64,000 nt of DNA from Patescibacteria group bacterium (GCA_028716665.1 JAQUPP010000001.1:413046-477045), one strand, 5' to 3'; shown: positions 39,387-49,286, counted from the first letter of the stretch. A program made the numbers and translations. The notes: generated by a model not told the origin, from the letters alone.

Positions 39387-39465
39387 TTTTTCTGATTATT
39401 GACAAAAATTGAAAATACGATATATTTTTATATAAGATCAGATCTTTATAAACAAGGAGGAAAAA

Positions 39466-39612
39466 ATGGAAATATTTTGGCCGGGCATAGGGGTTGGCCT
39501 AATAGTAATGTGGATAGGATTTTATTATCATTGTAATAAAAAAAGAGAAATTGGTGATTCTTTAATGTTTTTGGGCCTGGTTCTTGCAGTAATTTCTGTT
39601 TGGTCTATTTAA
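39466..39612 (+). CDS. Small 2-TM protein (48 aa), not in ORF track
   Basis: Promoter, AAGGAGG RBS, terminator AGCTCCGG..CCGGAGCT. Confidence 0.6.
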   Translation: MEIFWPGIGVGLIVMWIGFYYHCNKKREIGDSLMFLGLVLAVISVWSI

Positions 39613-39703
39613 GATTTAATTTTAAGCTCCGGGAGACAAAGTCTTCCGGAGCTGTTTATTTCCATATTGTCTTTTAATTGGAAATTGTCTATAATTACTA
39701 TAT

Positions 39704-40570
39704 ATGTCAGAACCGTTGTATATCATTAATTTAACCGGAGAGAAAGAGTTATTCTCTCCTAAAAAAGTTTTTCGCAGCGCCCAGCGATCAGGCGCTTCAA
39801 ATCTTTTAGCCGAGAAAATAGCCAAAATTATCACCAAGGAAGTTTATCCTGATATGCCGACCAAGCGTATTTTCAGCCGGATCAAAACTTTACTTAAACA
39901 AGATGACCCGCAAGCTGCTTTAAAATTCAGTTTAAAAGAAGCTTTAAGAAAATTAGGGCCAAGCGGTTTTCCGTTTGAAAAATATATTGCTTCCATTTTA
40001 ACGAGAAACGGCTACGAAGTGAAAATTAATCAAATTGTCGGCGGGCGATGCGTAAACTACGAAATTGATTTTTTGGCAAAAAGAAACGGAACGGTTTTTA
40101 TCGGCGAATGCAAATATCATCATTTGCCGGGCACGACACTTGATTTAAAAGTGGCTTTGGCGAATTATGCCAGATTCTTGGATTTATCAGCCGGCAGTTT
40201 TTTTAAGAAGAAAGAATATCAAAATTTTAAACTTCAAAGTATTTTAGTGACTAACACGAAATTTACCAGCCAAGCCATTCAATATTCCGAATGCGTCGGG
40301 GTTGATTTATTGGGTTGGCATTATCCGGTAAAAAAAGGACTCGAGTATTTTATTGAAAATCAAAAATTATATCCCATCACCATTTTGCCGTCCATGAAAG
40401 ATTATTTGCTGCAAATTTTTGTTTCGAAAGGTTTAATGCTGGTGGAAGATATTTTAAATTTAGATTTAGCGAAATTTACCGAATGCACGGGCGTAAAACC
40501 AAATCAAATTTCAGCTTTAATCAAAGAGGCAGGACTTTTGTTTAAAAATAATTCATTAACAAAAAATTAA
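39704..40570 (+). CDS. ATP-cone plus Mrr-like restriction endonuclease domain protein
   Basis: N-terminal ATP-cone-like segment, GFPFEKY, EID..IGECKYH PD-(D/E)xK motif. Confidence 0.8.
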   Translation: MSEPLYIINLTGEKELFSPKKVFRSAQRSGASNLLAEKIAKIITKEVYPDMPTKRIFSRIKTLLKQDDPQAALKFSLKEALRKLGPSGFPFEKYIASILTRNGYEVKINQIVGGRCVNYEIDFLAKRNGTVFIGECKYHHLPGTTLDLKVALANYARFLDLSAGSFFKKKEYQNFKLQSILVTNTKFTSQAIQYSECVGVDLLGWHYPVKKGLEYFIENQKLYPITILPSMKDYLLQIFVSKGLMLVEDILNLDLAKFTECTGVKPNQISALIKEAGLLFKNNSLTKN

Positions 40571-40577
40571 TTATTAT

Positions 40578-41645
40578 ATGAAAATTGACAAAAAACAGAT
40601 CAAAATCTTGGCTTCCGCTTTTTTAGTGTTTATTACCGCTATTCTTTTTTGGCAGCAATTATTTTCGTTGTTTTCCAATAATGATATTAAGCCCCGTCAT
40701 TTTCTCAGTTTGGGAATATTTTCTGTTATTTTCATTTCTTTTATTTTATTATTTTTCATTTTGATTAAAGATCGCAAAATTATTTATTTAACAATAATTA
40801 TTTCGTCCGGATTTTTCTTTATCTTTCCCAAATTTAATTATATTTATTTATTCGGGATTTTAATTTTTATTTTATTCTTAATTTCCGCTTATGAAAGAAT
40901 ACGGAGAGAAAAAGAAGATCGACTCAAGCTTTCACTCAGGATGATTTTATCCAGAGGTTTGTGTTTTATCGTCATTGGCATAGCTTTAATAACCTCAATA
41001 ACTTATTATTTTAATCCGTGGCTTAAATTCGGTCAGAATGAAACAATTATAGACCCCGGAATAATCAAATCTTTAATAAAACCATTAACCGGCATTTTTG
41101 CTCAATCAATACCTTTTTACAGTCCGGAGATGACAATTGATCAAATTATAACCGTTCAAGTAATGATTTCTGATCCGTCTTTAAAATCATTAAATTTACC
41201 GCAGGATTTAATGGCAAATTTAAAATCAAAAATAAAAATTGATAAAAATGGGAAAACCGATATTAACACCTTAATTAAAGATCCAGATGCAAGTTCTCTG
41301 ATGAAAGAGATATTTAACAGTCAGAAAATTGACCAGAAATTACTTGTTCAACAAAGAACGGCAATGGCTAAAACATTCGGAGGGGTTGAATTAAAAGGAG
41401 ACGAAACCTTAGATACAATTTTTGTTAAATTAATAAATTCCAAGCTTAGTCAATTTATCGGTCCTTATGTCGAACAAATTTCCATCGCGATTGCTGCGAG
41501 TTTATTTTTCTTTTTATGGTTTATAGAATATATCCTTGCTTTTATGGCGGTAATTTTGTCTCAAATTATTTTTCTTATCCTCAAACTTTGCAAAGTTGTC
41601 AGTATTGAGAAGGTGATGAAAGAAGGGCAAGAGGTTGCGTTTTAG
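40578..41645 (+). CDS. Hypothetical membrane protein
   Basis: Several TMs plus soluble domain. Confidence 0.75.
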   Translation: MKIDKKQIKILASAFLVFITAILFWQQLFSLFSNNDIKPRHFLSLGIFSVIFISFILLFFILIKDRKIIYLTIIISSGFFFIFPKFNYIYLFGILIFILFLISAYERIRREKEDRLKLSLRMILSRGLCFIVIGIALITSITYYFNPWLKFGQNETIIDPGIIKSLIKPLTGIFAQSIPFYSPEMTIDQIITVQVMISDPSLKSLNLPQDLMANLKSKIKIDKNGKTDINTLIKDPDASSLMKEIFNSQKIDQKLLVQQRTAMAKTFGGVELKGDETLDTIFVKLINSKLSQFIGPYVEQISIAIAASLFFFLWFIEYILAFMAVILSQIIFLILKLCKVVSIEKVMKEGQEVAF

Positions 41646-41652
41646 GGATTTG

Positions 41653-41687
41653 TCCGCCCAAGTTTTTTGCAGAAAAATTTAGGCGGA
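41653..41687. repeat. Empty palindrome sharing ends with the 23290 GIY-YIG element
   Basis: TCCGCCCAAGTTTTTTGCAGAAAAATTTAGGCGGA flanked by TTG; right TTG begins TTGACA. Confidence 0.85.
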
Positions 41688-41795
41688 TTGACAAATTTTT
41701 TAAACTTGTTAAAATAATCATTACTTAATTAATTTTATATTTCAGCCCTGAGATAGAGATATTACTTCCTATCGAGGGTGTTTATCAATTTTTTT

Positions 41796-42365
41796 ATGCC
41801 AACTAAAACAAAAACAACGCCAAAAAAAGAAAAAGTTATCGGTGAAAAACCAAAAAAGAAAGTTATTAAAAAAACCGCTCCATCTCATAAAAAAGAAGAA
41901 GTTCAAGAAGTAACTCCTGAAATTATCAAAGAACCGGTTAAAATTCACAAAGCAATAGAGCATAAACCTGTTAAAGACGCAGGTATTTGGTCAACCGGAA
42001 AACGCAAAACAGCTATTGCCAGAATACAGCTTTTCAAAAATGGTAATGGAGAAATAACCGTTAATAACAAAACATTTAAAGATTATTTCCCATATTTTGA
42101 ATTGCAAAATATAGTTTTGTCTCCGCTCTGTCTAACGAATCAGGAAAAAAGTTTTAATTTCAGAATAATGATCAAAGGAGGCGGATTCAAGAGTCAAGCC
42201 GAAGCGGTCAGACTCGGAATTTCTCAGGCCTTGGTTGAATTGGACCCTGAATGCCGTAAAGCTTTAAAAACAGTTAAATTTTTAACTCGCGATTCCAGAG
42301 TAAAAGAAAGAAAGAAACCTGGTTTGAAAAGAGCTCGTCGCGCTCCACAATGGAACAAGAGATAG
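41796..42365 (+). CDS. rpsI: 30S ribosomal protein S9 with Lys-rich N-terminal extension
   Basis: TGKRKTAIAR, GGG..QAEA, ERKKPGLKRARRAPQWNKR. Confidence 0.96.
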   Translation: MPTKTKTTPKKEKVIGEKPKKKVIKKTAPSHKKEEVQEVTPEIIKEPVKIHKAIEHKPVKDAGIWSTGKRKTAIARIQLFKNGNGEITVNNKTFKDYFPYFELQNIVLSPLCLTNQEKSFNFRIMIKGGGFKSQAEAVRLGISQALVELDPECRKALKTVKFLTRDSRVKERKKPGLKRARRAPQWNKR

Positions 42366-42491
42366 TTTCTGATTAAAAAAATAACAGTTCATTTTGTCCG
42401 AAAAATATGCCAGAGCAAAGCTTATCCTTGAGAAAAATATAAATTTTTCGGTATGTTTTGTTCTGGCATATTTGTTTTAAAGAATTAAAAT

Positions 42492-43817
42492 ATGGATAAA
42501 AAATCATTGGAAATTGTAATGTTCAATATGTCGAGCTTTTCAGAATGGGAAGGCGGCATTGTGAATCGCAATTATCATATTTTCAATAAATTATCGCAAG
42601 ATGAAAAAGTAAAACGGATAATTGCCGTTGATTTTTTGCCTTTTACTTTCAGAAGAGCTTTGAGAAATTATTTGGAAAATATTTTGAAAACCACAAATTA
42701 CAAATCTAATGCAGACATAAAAGTTACAAATATTTATCGGGATTTTACCACTAAATGCGTGAAAATTGTTGGATTGGCGCCGGCTGAAATTTATGTTTTT
42801 TCAACCATTGATTCAATATTTACCCGCCCAAATTTTTTGAAGAAAAATTTAGGCGGTTTTTCTTCTCATCAAATAGTTTTAAAAAAATTAAACAAGATAT
42901 TGATTAAAATCAACAAGAATCAGCCGGAAAAAACCAAGAGAGTTATTTGGTCATATTTTCCGATGTTTGTTGACTATTTCTCGGCCCAAGGCCGATCCGC
43001 CTCGGGCGGAAATGGCATACCCGCTGATTTGACGGTTTTCGACGCAGTGGACAATTGGATTGAACATCCTTCTTTCGCGCGCTATAAAAAATTATTAGAG
43101 AAAAATTATAAAATAATTTCCCAAAAAAGCGATTTAATTTTCACCGTAGCGGAAAATTTGGTGGAATTTTTTAAAAATTTAGGCAGGAACAAAGATGTCT
43201 ATTGGATCGCCAACGGCGTTGAACCCAAGCATTTTGCCAAGGAACAGTCTGTGCTTAAAAATGATCCCATTTTAATGATTTCTCGTCCGATTATCGGTTA
43301 TGTCGGGACAATTCAAAACAGGGTTGATTTTAATCTTTTGGAATATTTGGCTCAGCAAAATCCTGATAAATCTTTTGTCTTGATTGGTCCGCTTTGGCCG
43401 GTCTTTTTGAGAAAATTGCGCCGACCGACTACGGAAATAAAAAAATTGAAAAAATACAAAAATATTCATTTATTGGGCCGCCGACCATATGATTTGACAC
43501 CGGCTTATATTAAATTTTTTGACGTGGCGATTAATCCTCATAAACTCGATGAATTTATAAAATACACAGATTCTTTAAAGGTTTTGGAATATTTGGCTTG
43601 CGGTATGCCAGTGGTAACTACGCCGCCCTCGGGCGTGGAAAAATTTTCTCACCTTCTTTATATTGCCGCAGATTACCAAGATTTTAATAAAAATATTGAG
43701 ACAGCTCTTGCCGAAAATCAGCCGGAATTAAAAGAGAAAAGATTAATAAGAATAAAAGAAGAGGATTGGGACAATAAACTTTTAGAAATGATGAATATTT
43801 TAAAAACTAAGATTTAA
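42492..43817 (+). CDS. GT-B glycosyltransferase (TuaH-like)
   Basis: NGVEPKHF, GYVGTI, KVLEYLACGMPVV. Confidence 0.85.
   Translation: MDKKSLEIVMFNMSSFSEWEGGIVNRNYHIFNKLSQDEKVKRIIAVDFLPFTFRRALRNYLENILKTTNYKSNADIKVTNIYRDFTTKCVKIVGLAPAEIYVFSTIDSIFTRPNFLKKNLGGFSSHQIVLKKLNKILIKINKNQPEKTKRVIWSYFPMFVDYFSAQGRSASGGNGIPADLTVFDAVDNWIEHPSFARYKKLLEKNYKIISQKSDLIFTVAENLVEFFKNLGRNKDVYWIANGVEPKHFAKEQSVLKNDPILMISRPIIGYVGTIQNRVDFNLLEYLAQQNPDKSFVLIGPLWPVFLRKLRRPTTEIKKLKKYKNIHLLGRRPYDLTPAYIKFFDVAINPHKLDEFIKYTDSLKVLEYLACGMPVVTTPPSGVEKFSHLLYIAADYQDFNKNIETALAENQPELKEKRLIRIKEEDWDNKLLEMMNILKTKI
42822..42857. repeat. In-frame empty palindrome (TRPNFLKKNLGG)
   Basis: ACCCGCCCAAATTTTTTGAAGAAAAATTTAGGCGGT flanked by TTT. 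Confidence 0.85.
42981..43010. repeat. 30-bp in-frame double hairpin (SAQGRSASGG)
   Basis: Identical to 25346-25375. Confidence 0.9.
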
Positions 43818-43840
43818 TTTTTAATTTTAGTGAAGCGCTT

Positions 43841-44713
43841 ATGATACTTTCTATTATTATCGTCAGTTGGAATGTTAAAAAATTATTGGAGAAATGTTTG
43901 AATTCCATTTTTAAAAATGTTGACGGTTTGGATTATGAAGTTTGGGTGATTGATAATAATTCGGCAGACGGTTCAAGGGAATATTTAAAAAGCTTGATCG
44001 GTCAAAATCAAAACTTAAAAGTGATTTTCAATGAGCAAAATATCGGTTTTGCCAAAGCAAATAATCAAGCTCTCAAAGAAGCTAGTGGAGAATTTATTTT
44101 ACTTTTAAATCCGGATACGGAAATTATCGGTGATACTTTGCAAAAAACGATTCAATTCATGCAATATAATCAGGAGTGCGGCATTTTGGGCAGTAAAATA
44201 ATCGGTCCGGACGATAAAATACAAAATTCCGTCAGAAGTTTCCCGACAATTATTTCGCAGGCAATGATTTTTTTAAAACTTCATCGTCTTTTCCCCGGAA
44301 CGAAAATTTTAAAAGATTATTTTCAAGCTGATTTCAATTACGAAAAAATAAGCGAAGTTGATCAGGTAATGGGTGCTTTTTTAATGACTAAAAGAGAAGT
44401 TTTGGAAAAAGTCGGTTTATTGGACGAAAAATTTTGGTTATGGTTTGAGGAAGTTGATTTTTGCAAAAGAGTGAAAGAGGAGGGTTATAAAATAATTTAT
44501 TATCCCAATGCCGCGATATTCCATTACGGCGCGCAAAGTTTCCGCCAAATGTTGTCTTGTCCAAAGCAGAGCACTTATAATCGAAGCACTATTTATTATT
44601 TTAAAAAACATTCTCACTTTGTTTTATATTGGCCGCTTTTGATTTTAAATCCAATCAGCTTATTTTTAGCTTGTTTAGTTCAAATTTTTTCTTTTCGCCA
44701 TGAAAGTCGTTAA
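43841..44713 (+). CDS. Glycosyltransferase family 2
   Basis: IDNNSADGS, GFAKANN, LLNPD, FEEVDFC. Confidence 0.92.
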   Translation: MILSIIIVSWNVKKLLEKCLNSIFKNVDGLDYEVWVIDNNSADGSREYLKSLIGQNQNLKVIFNEQNIGFAKANNQALKEASGEFILLLNPDTEIIGDTLQKTIQFMQYNQECGILGSKIIGPDDKIQNSVRSFPTIISQAMIFLKLHRLFPGTKILKDYFQADFNYEKISEVDQVMGAFLMTKREVLEKVGLLDEKFWLWFEEVDFCKRVKEEGYKIIYYPNAAIFHYGAQSFRQMLSCPKQSTYNRSTIYYFKKHSHFVLYWPLLILNPISLFLACLVQIFSFRHESR

Positions 44714-46130
44714 TTTAGATAAAAAAATTTTATTTGTTGTTTTGGGTTTTTTTCTTTTTCAAATTTTGTCATTTTTGGGTTATTTATGGCCTATTTTGGC
44801 AAATATTATTTTTTTATTGATTGTTTTGTCGGCAATTTTTCTGTCCGTATATAAAATAGAATACGGATTTTTTATTCTGGCTTTTGAATTTTTGTCCGGC
44901 CATGGCGGACTTTTATTTGAATTTAAAGGAATTTCTTTGCGGCTTGCCTTATTTATAGTAGTGATGCTCGTTTGGGTAATCAAAAAATTCTTTTCGGAAA
45001 AATGGGAAAATCTGTTTTTTCAAAAAAAATCTCCATTTTGTATTTTATTTTTAGTTTTTATAATTTTAATTTTATTCGGCTTGATTCAGGGAATTGCCAG
45101 GAATGACAGTATCTTGGCCATTAAAGATTTTATCAATTATTCTTATTTTCTTTTATTTTTTCCTCTAACAGATATTTTAAAAAAGGATAAATCCGATCAA
45201 AAAATTTTCAGTTTGGCTCAAGGCGCGACTATCGGTATTGGGATTTCAACCATTATTGTTTTGATTTTATTCGGTTCCGGACTGGTCCAAGTCCATGACA
45301 GTTTTTATTGGTGGTGGCGGAACGTGGTGGTGGGCAAAGCGACTTTTATGAGTGGAAATTTTTTCCGTATTGTTACGCCGGCCCATTTGATAATTTTGCC
45401 TTTATTCCTGGTTTATTTAAGCTTGTTGTTTGAGACAAAATTAAAATTAAAAAAACAATTCTTTTTTTTCTGGTTGGCGGCGTTAAGCAGTTTGGCGATT
45501 TTGATTAATTTCTCCCGCGCTTATTTGTTGGGATTTTTTGTCGGATTGATATTTTTGGCCAAAGAATTAAACAAGAAAAAATGGCTGATTTTTTCTTTAT
45601 CAATGATTTTAATTTTAATTTTTGAATTTTGTTTCATTTACACTCTTTTTGGCGGCGAAGGGATGTTGAATGGATTCGGTTTTTTCAAAAATCGTTTAGG
45701 CACGATAATTTCACCGGAAGAAGAAACCAGCTCTCTGACGCGAATGGTGATTTTGCCGATTTTAACTCAAAAAATAAAACTTGATCCGATTTTCGGTTCA
45801 GGACTTGGCGGCGTAGTTTCTTATTTGGATCCGGTTACAAAACAAATTCAAAGCACTTTTCATCTGGATTGGGGATATTTGGAAATTTGGTCTGAGCTTG
45901 GATTGATCGGACTTTTGATTTTTTTATCACTGTTTGGATTTGTTTTTTATCAGGGTTTTAAAATGATAAAGATTTTTTCTCAAGATATTTTTAAAAAAAG
46001 GATTATCATAGGATTGATGGGTGGTCTGGCCGCTTTAATGGTTGCCAGTTTGACCGGTCCGTTTATTTTTCATCCTTTGGGTATTTTTTATTTTACTTTT
46101 ACCGCCGCTTATTTAATAAAGGGTATTTAA
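44700..46130 (+). CDS. O-antigen ligase/polymerase family membrane protein
   Basis: SRA, PIFGSGLG, H...LEIWSELGLIG; multi-TM. Confidence 0.8.
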   Translation: MKVVNLDKKILFVVLGFFLFQILSFLGYLWPILANIIFLLIVLSAIFLSVYKIEYGFFILAFEFLSGHGGLLFEFKGISLRLALFIVVMLVWVIKKFFSEKWENLFFQKKSPFCILFLVFIILILFGLIQGIARNDSILAIKDFINYSYFLLFFPLTDILKKDKSDQKIFSLAQGATIGIGISTIIVLILFGSGLVQVHDSFYWWWRNVVVGKATFMSGNFFRIVTPAHLIILPLFLVYLSLLFETKLKLKKQFFFFWLAALSSLAILINFSRAYLLGFFVGLIFLAKELNKKKWLIFSLSMILILIFEFCFIYTLFGGEGMLNGFGFFKNRLGTIISPEEETSSLTRMVILPILTQKIKLDPIFGSGLGGVVSYLDPVTKQIQSTFHLDWGYLEIWSELGLIGLLIFLSLFGFVFYQGFKMIKIFSQDIFKKRIIIGLMGGLAALMVASLTGPFIFHPLGIFYFTFTAAYLIKGI

Positions 46131-46211
46131 ACCCTTTTTTGCCTGCCCTCGCTCGGAAAAGAAAATAAATTTTCTTTTCCCTCGCTCGCTTGGCAATAAA
46201 TTTAAATCAAG

Positions 46212-47282
46212 ATGAAAGAACAAATTCCTAAAATTTCCATTCAAATTGTTACTTGGAACAGCAGGCGATATATCAAGGAATGTCTTGATTCTGTCCTGGC
46301 GCAAACTTATAAGAATTTTTCCGTTTTAATTATTGATAATGCTTCTTGCGACAGCACGGTTGAATTTGTGGAAAGAAATTATCCAAACCCAACCGGCTCA
46401 TTGGCCAAAGCTAAAAAAATATTAAATTCCAGACCTTCTATTTTTATTTTTAGAAATATTAAAAATTTGGGATTTTCCGGAGCTCATAATTTAGGACTAA
46501 CTTTGGGTCAAGCGGATTTTGTTTTAGTGATGAATCCGGATATAATTTTGGAACCTGATTTTTTGGAAAAAATAATAAAAACCGCTCAGGAAAATGAATC
46601 AACGGCCAGTTTCGGGGGAAAAATGCTTAAAATTAAATTTGATCAAGAGGAACTGGCGGAAAAAATAAAAACAAATATTTTAGACAGCACCGGACTTTTA
46701 TTTTTAAAAAACAGCCGTATAATTGACAGGGGAGAAAACGAAGAAGATAATGGACAATATGACAGAAAAGAAGAAGTTTTTGGCATTTCCGGCGCTTGTG
46801 TTTTATACAGAAAAAGCGCTTTGGAAGAAATTAAAATTAAAACCGATTTTTCAAAGGCGGAAAATGAATATTTTGACGAACAATTTTTCGCTTATAAAGA
46901 AGATGTGGACCTGGCTTGGCGATTGCGCTTGGCCGGATTTGGGGCGATTTACGAACCAAAAGCAAAAGCTTACCATTTTCGCCAAGGAGCGCCGAAAGAC
47001 AGGCGTTTTTACCAGTCGCAAACGGTTAATTTTTTCTCATACAGAAATCATTTGTGGATGGTTTTAAAAAATATTTATTGGAAAAATTTTTTCTCCCAAT
47101 TTTTATTTATTTTGTGGTATCAGCTTTTAAAAACATTTTATTTATTTTTTCGCCAACCCAGGAATTTATTTTTATCCAAACTGTCTTTCTTTAGAGGATT
47201 ATCGGAAATGTTTAGAAAAAGAAAATATATTATTAAAATGGCGAAAGTCGGGCCGGAAGAAATCAAAAAATGGACAAAATAA
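46212..47282 (+). CDS. Glycosyltransferase family 2
   Basis: IDNAS, MNPD, YKEDVDLAWR. Confidence 0.92.
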   Translation: MKEQIPKISIQIVTWNSRRYIKECLDSVLAQTYKNFSVLIIDNASCDSTVEFVERNYPNPTGSLAKAKKILNSRPSIFIFRNIKNLGFSGAHNLGLTLGQADFVLVMNPDIILEPDFLEKIIKTAQENESTASFGGKMLKIKFDQEELAEKIKTNILDSTGLLFLKNSRIIDRGENEEDNGQYDRKEEVFGISGACVLYRKSALEEIKIKTDFSKAENEYFDEQFFAYKEDVDLAWRLRLAGFGAIYEPKAKAYHFRQGAPKDRRFYQSQTVNFFSYRNHLWMVLKNIYWKNFFSQFLFILWYQLLKTFYLFFRQPRNLFLSKLSFFRGLSEMFRKRKYIIKMAKVGPEEIKKWTK

Positions 47283-47291
47283 TTATATTAT

Positions 47292-48092
47292 ATGTTATCC
47301 ATAATCATTGTTAATCACAATCATCGAAATTATTTAAAGCAATGTTTGAAAAATATTGTTGAGGCCAATATCAATCTTGATTTTGAGGTGATTATTATTG
47401 ATAATAATTCAAAAGATACAAGCAAAAAGTTTTTGTCAGAATTTAATATGCCGTCTCTAAAATTCAGAGTTATTTTAAATAATAAGAATTATGGTTTTGC
47501 CAAGGCTAATAATCAGGGGATTAAATTGGCTCAAGGAAAATATGTTTTAGTTTTAAATCCGGACGTGATTGTTTTAAAAGATTCAGTGGAAAAACTTTAT
47601 AAATTTTTAGGAGAAAATAATGAAGCGGCAATGGTTGGTCCCAAGCTTTTAAATCCCAACGGAACGATTCAGTATTCTTGTTGTAAATTTCCTTACTGGT
47701 ATATGCCGATTCTCCGCCGAACTTTTTTAGGGAAGCTTCCTTTTTTGAAAAATAAATTGGGTAAATATTTAATGTCAGATTGGAAACACAATGAAGCAAG
47801 AGAAGTGGATTGGCTTTTGGGCGCGGCCTTGATGATTAAAAAAGAAGTTTTGGAAAAAATCAATTATTTTGATGAAAGATTTTTTCTTTATTTCGAAGAC
47901 ACTGATTTAGCGAGACGGATTTGGAAATTCGGCAAGAAAGTTTATTACTTGCCAGAAGCTCAAATGTATCATTTTCATCAGCGGCTCTCGGCGGAACGCA
48001 GCGCCAGTCCGACTTTATTGTCCAGAATTACCTGGATTCATATTGCCAGCGGAATCAAATATTTTTGTAAATGGCTTAACCCTCGGCTGTAG
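47292..48092 (+). CDS. Glycosyltransferase family 2
   Basis: IDNNS, LNPD, FLYFEDTD. Confidence 0.92.
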   Translation: MLSIIIVNHNHRNYLKQCLKNIVEANINLDFEVIIIDNNSKDTSKKFLSEFNMPSLKFRVILNNKNYGFAKANNQGIKLAQGKYVLVLNPDVIVLKDSVEKLYKFLGENNEAAMVGPKLLNPNGTIQYSCCKFPYWYMPILRRTFLGKLPFLKNKLGKYLMSDWKHNEAREVDWLLGAALMIKKEVLEKINYFDERFFLYFEDTDLARRIWKFGKKVYYLPEAQMYHFHQRLSAERSASPTLLSRITWIHIASGIKYFCKWLNPRL

Positions 48093-48153
48093 CCTTACGG
48101 GCGAAGAAAATAATTTGCCAAATTTTGAAAATTTGTTATAATAATTTTAATAT

Positions 48154-48213
48154 TGCGGGATCGTCCCTCGGCCGTAGCCAGTAGGCTACTGCCTACGGGC
48201 GAGGCTAATGGTA
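48154..48213 (+). repeat. Duplicated tRNA-Gln 5' end with 40-bp hairpin insertion
   Basis: TGCGGGATCGTC-[CCTCGGCCGTAG..CTACGGGCGAGGC]-TAATGGTA; related shorter hairpin at 48081-48106. Confidence 0.85.
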
Positions 48214-48462
48214 AATAAAACAATGCATACAATTTATGTTTTAAGAAGTCTGAAAGATGATAATTTATATATAGGCTGTACTTCTGATTTACAGAAGAGA
48301 TTAAGAGAACATAGAAATAAAAAAGTTTTTTCTACTCGCAATAGGTTGCCAATGAAGTTAATTTATTTTGAAAATTACCCTGATAAATATGAAGCTTATA
48401 GAATGGAAAGATTTTATAAAACCGCTAAAGGTAAAAAAATAATTAAAAACAAAATAATATAA
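48208..48462 (+). CDS. Small GIY-YIG nuclease
   Basis: IYVLRSLKD..LYIGCT..KRLREH..ERFYKT. Confidence 0.88.
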   Translation: MVNKTMHTIYVLRSLKDDNLYIGCTSDLQKRLREHRNKKVFSTRNRLPMKLIYFENYPDKYEAYRMERFYKTAKGKKIIKNKII

Positions 48463-48469
48463 TAAATAA

Positions 48470-48543
48470 TGCGGGATCGTCTAATGGTAGGACTCCAGCC
48501 TTTGGAGCTGGCTATGATGGTTCGAATCCATCTCCCGCAGCCA
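48470..48543 (+). tRNA. tRNA-Gln (TTG)
   Basis: TGCGGGA..CCAGC-CTTTGGA-GCTGG..GGTTCGAATCC..TCCCGCA-G-CCA. Confidence 0.94.
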
Positions 48544-48695
48544 AAAAAATAACCCTTTATTTAAGAGGTTATTTTTTTATGCCCCATCATGGATTAGTAG
48601 AATTTTTTTAAAAAAGGGGAGTAGTCTAACGAAAATTTACTTTTGATTTTTTTATAAATATGGTACTTTTGAATAAAAAATGATATTATAAGAAT

Positions 48696-49286
48696 ATGGA
48701 AATTAAAAATACACTTTACGTAATCAATAGAAATAATTGGCGAAAATGGCTGATAAAAAATCATAAAAATCAGAAAGAAGTTTGGCTTATATATTATCGC
48801 AAAGAAACCGGAAAACCTCGTATTTCATATGACAATGCGGTCCTGGAAGCTCTTTGTTATGGGTGGATTGACAGTACTGTCAAAAAGATTGATAAAGAGC
48901 GTTTCGCGCAACGTTTTTCACCGCGTCAACCAAAAAGCGGTCTTTCGCAAATGAATAGAGAACGCATATACGAACTCATAAAAGAAAAAAAGATGACAAA
49001 ATGGGGATTCAAGGCCATTGCGCATGCATTCAATCCGAAAATAGATGAATCCAATAAATTCGTAATTTCCAAAGATATTTATAAGGCATTGCGGGCAAAC
49101 AAGAATGCTTGGAAATATTTTCAAAAATTTCCGCTTTCTTATCGGCGCATCAGAATTGCGTACATTGAGGATCGCAAAGGGTACGATATGGATGTGTACA
49201 AAAAAACACTCGCTCATTTTATAAAAATGACAGCGCAAAATAAGCGGATAGGATTTGTAAAAGAGAGAAGAGATGCTATGATATAA
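48696..49286 (+). CDS. YdeI/OmpD-associated family protein
   Basis: EALCYGWIDS, RFSPR, C-terminal OmdA-like segment. Confidence 0.88.
   Translation: MEIKNTLYVINRNNWRKWLIKNHKNQKEVWLIYYRKETGKPRISYDNAVLEALCYGWIDSTVKKIDKERFAQRFSPRQPKSGLSQMNRERIYELIKEKKMTKWGFKAIAHAFNPKIDESNKFVISKDIYKALRANKNAWKYFQKFPLSYRRIRIAYIEDRKGYDMDVYKKTLAHFIKMTAQNKRIGFVKERRDAMI

Noticed and set aside
31090-39700. Prophage or classical integron
   Set aside because: No integrase, structural genes or attC-like sites; genes have their own promoters
46141-46194. CCCTCGCTCG direct repeat around a hairpin between GT genes
   Set aside because: Single occurrence in the window; probably another small repeat but cannot be supported as a family
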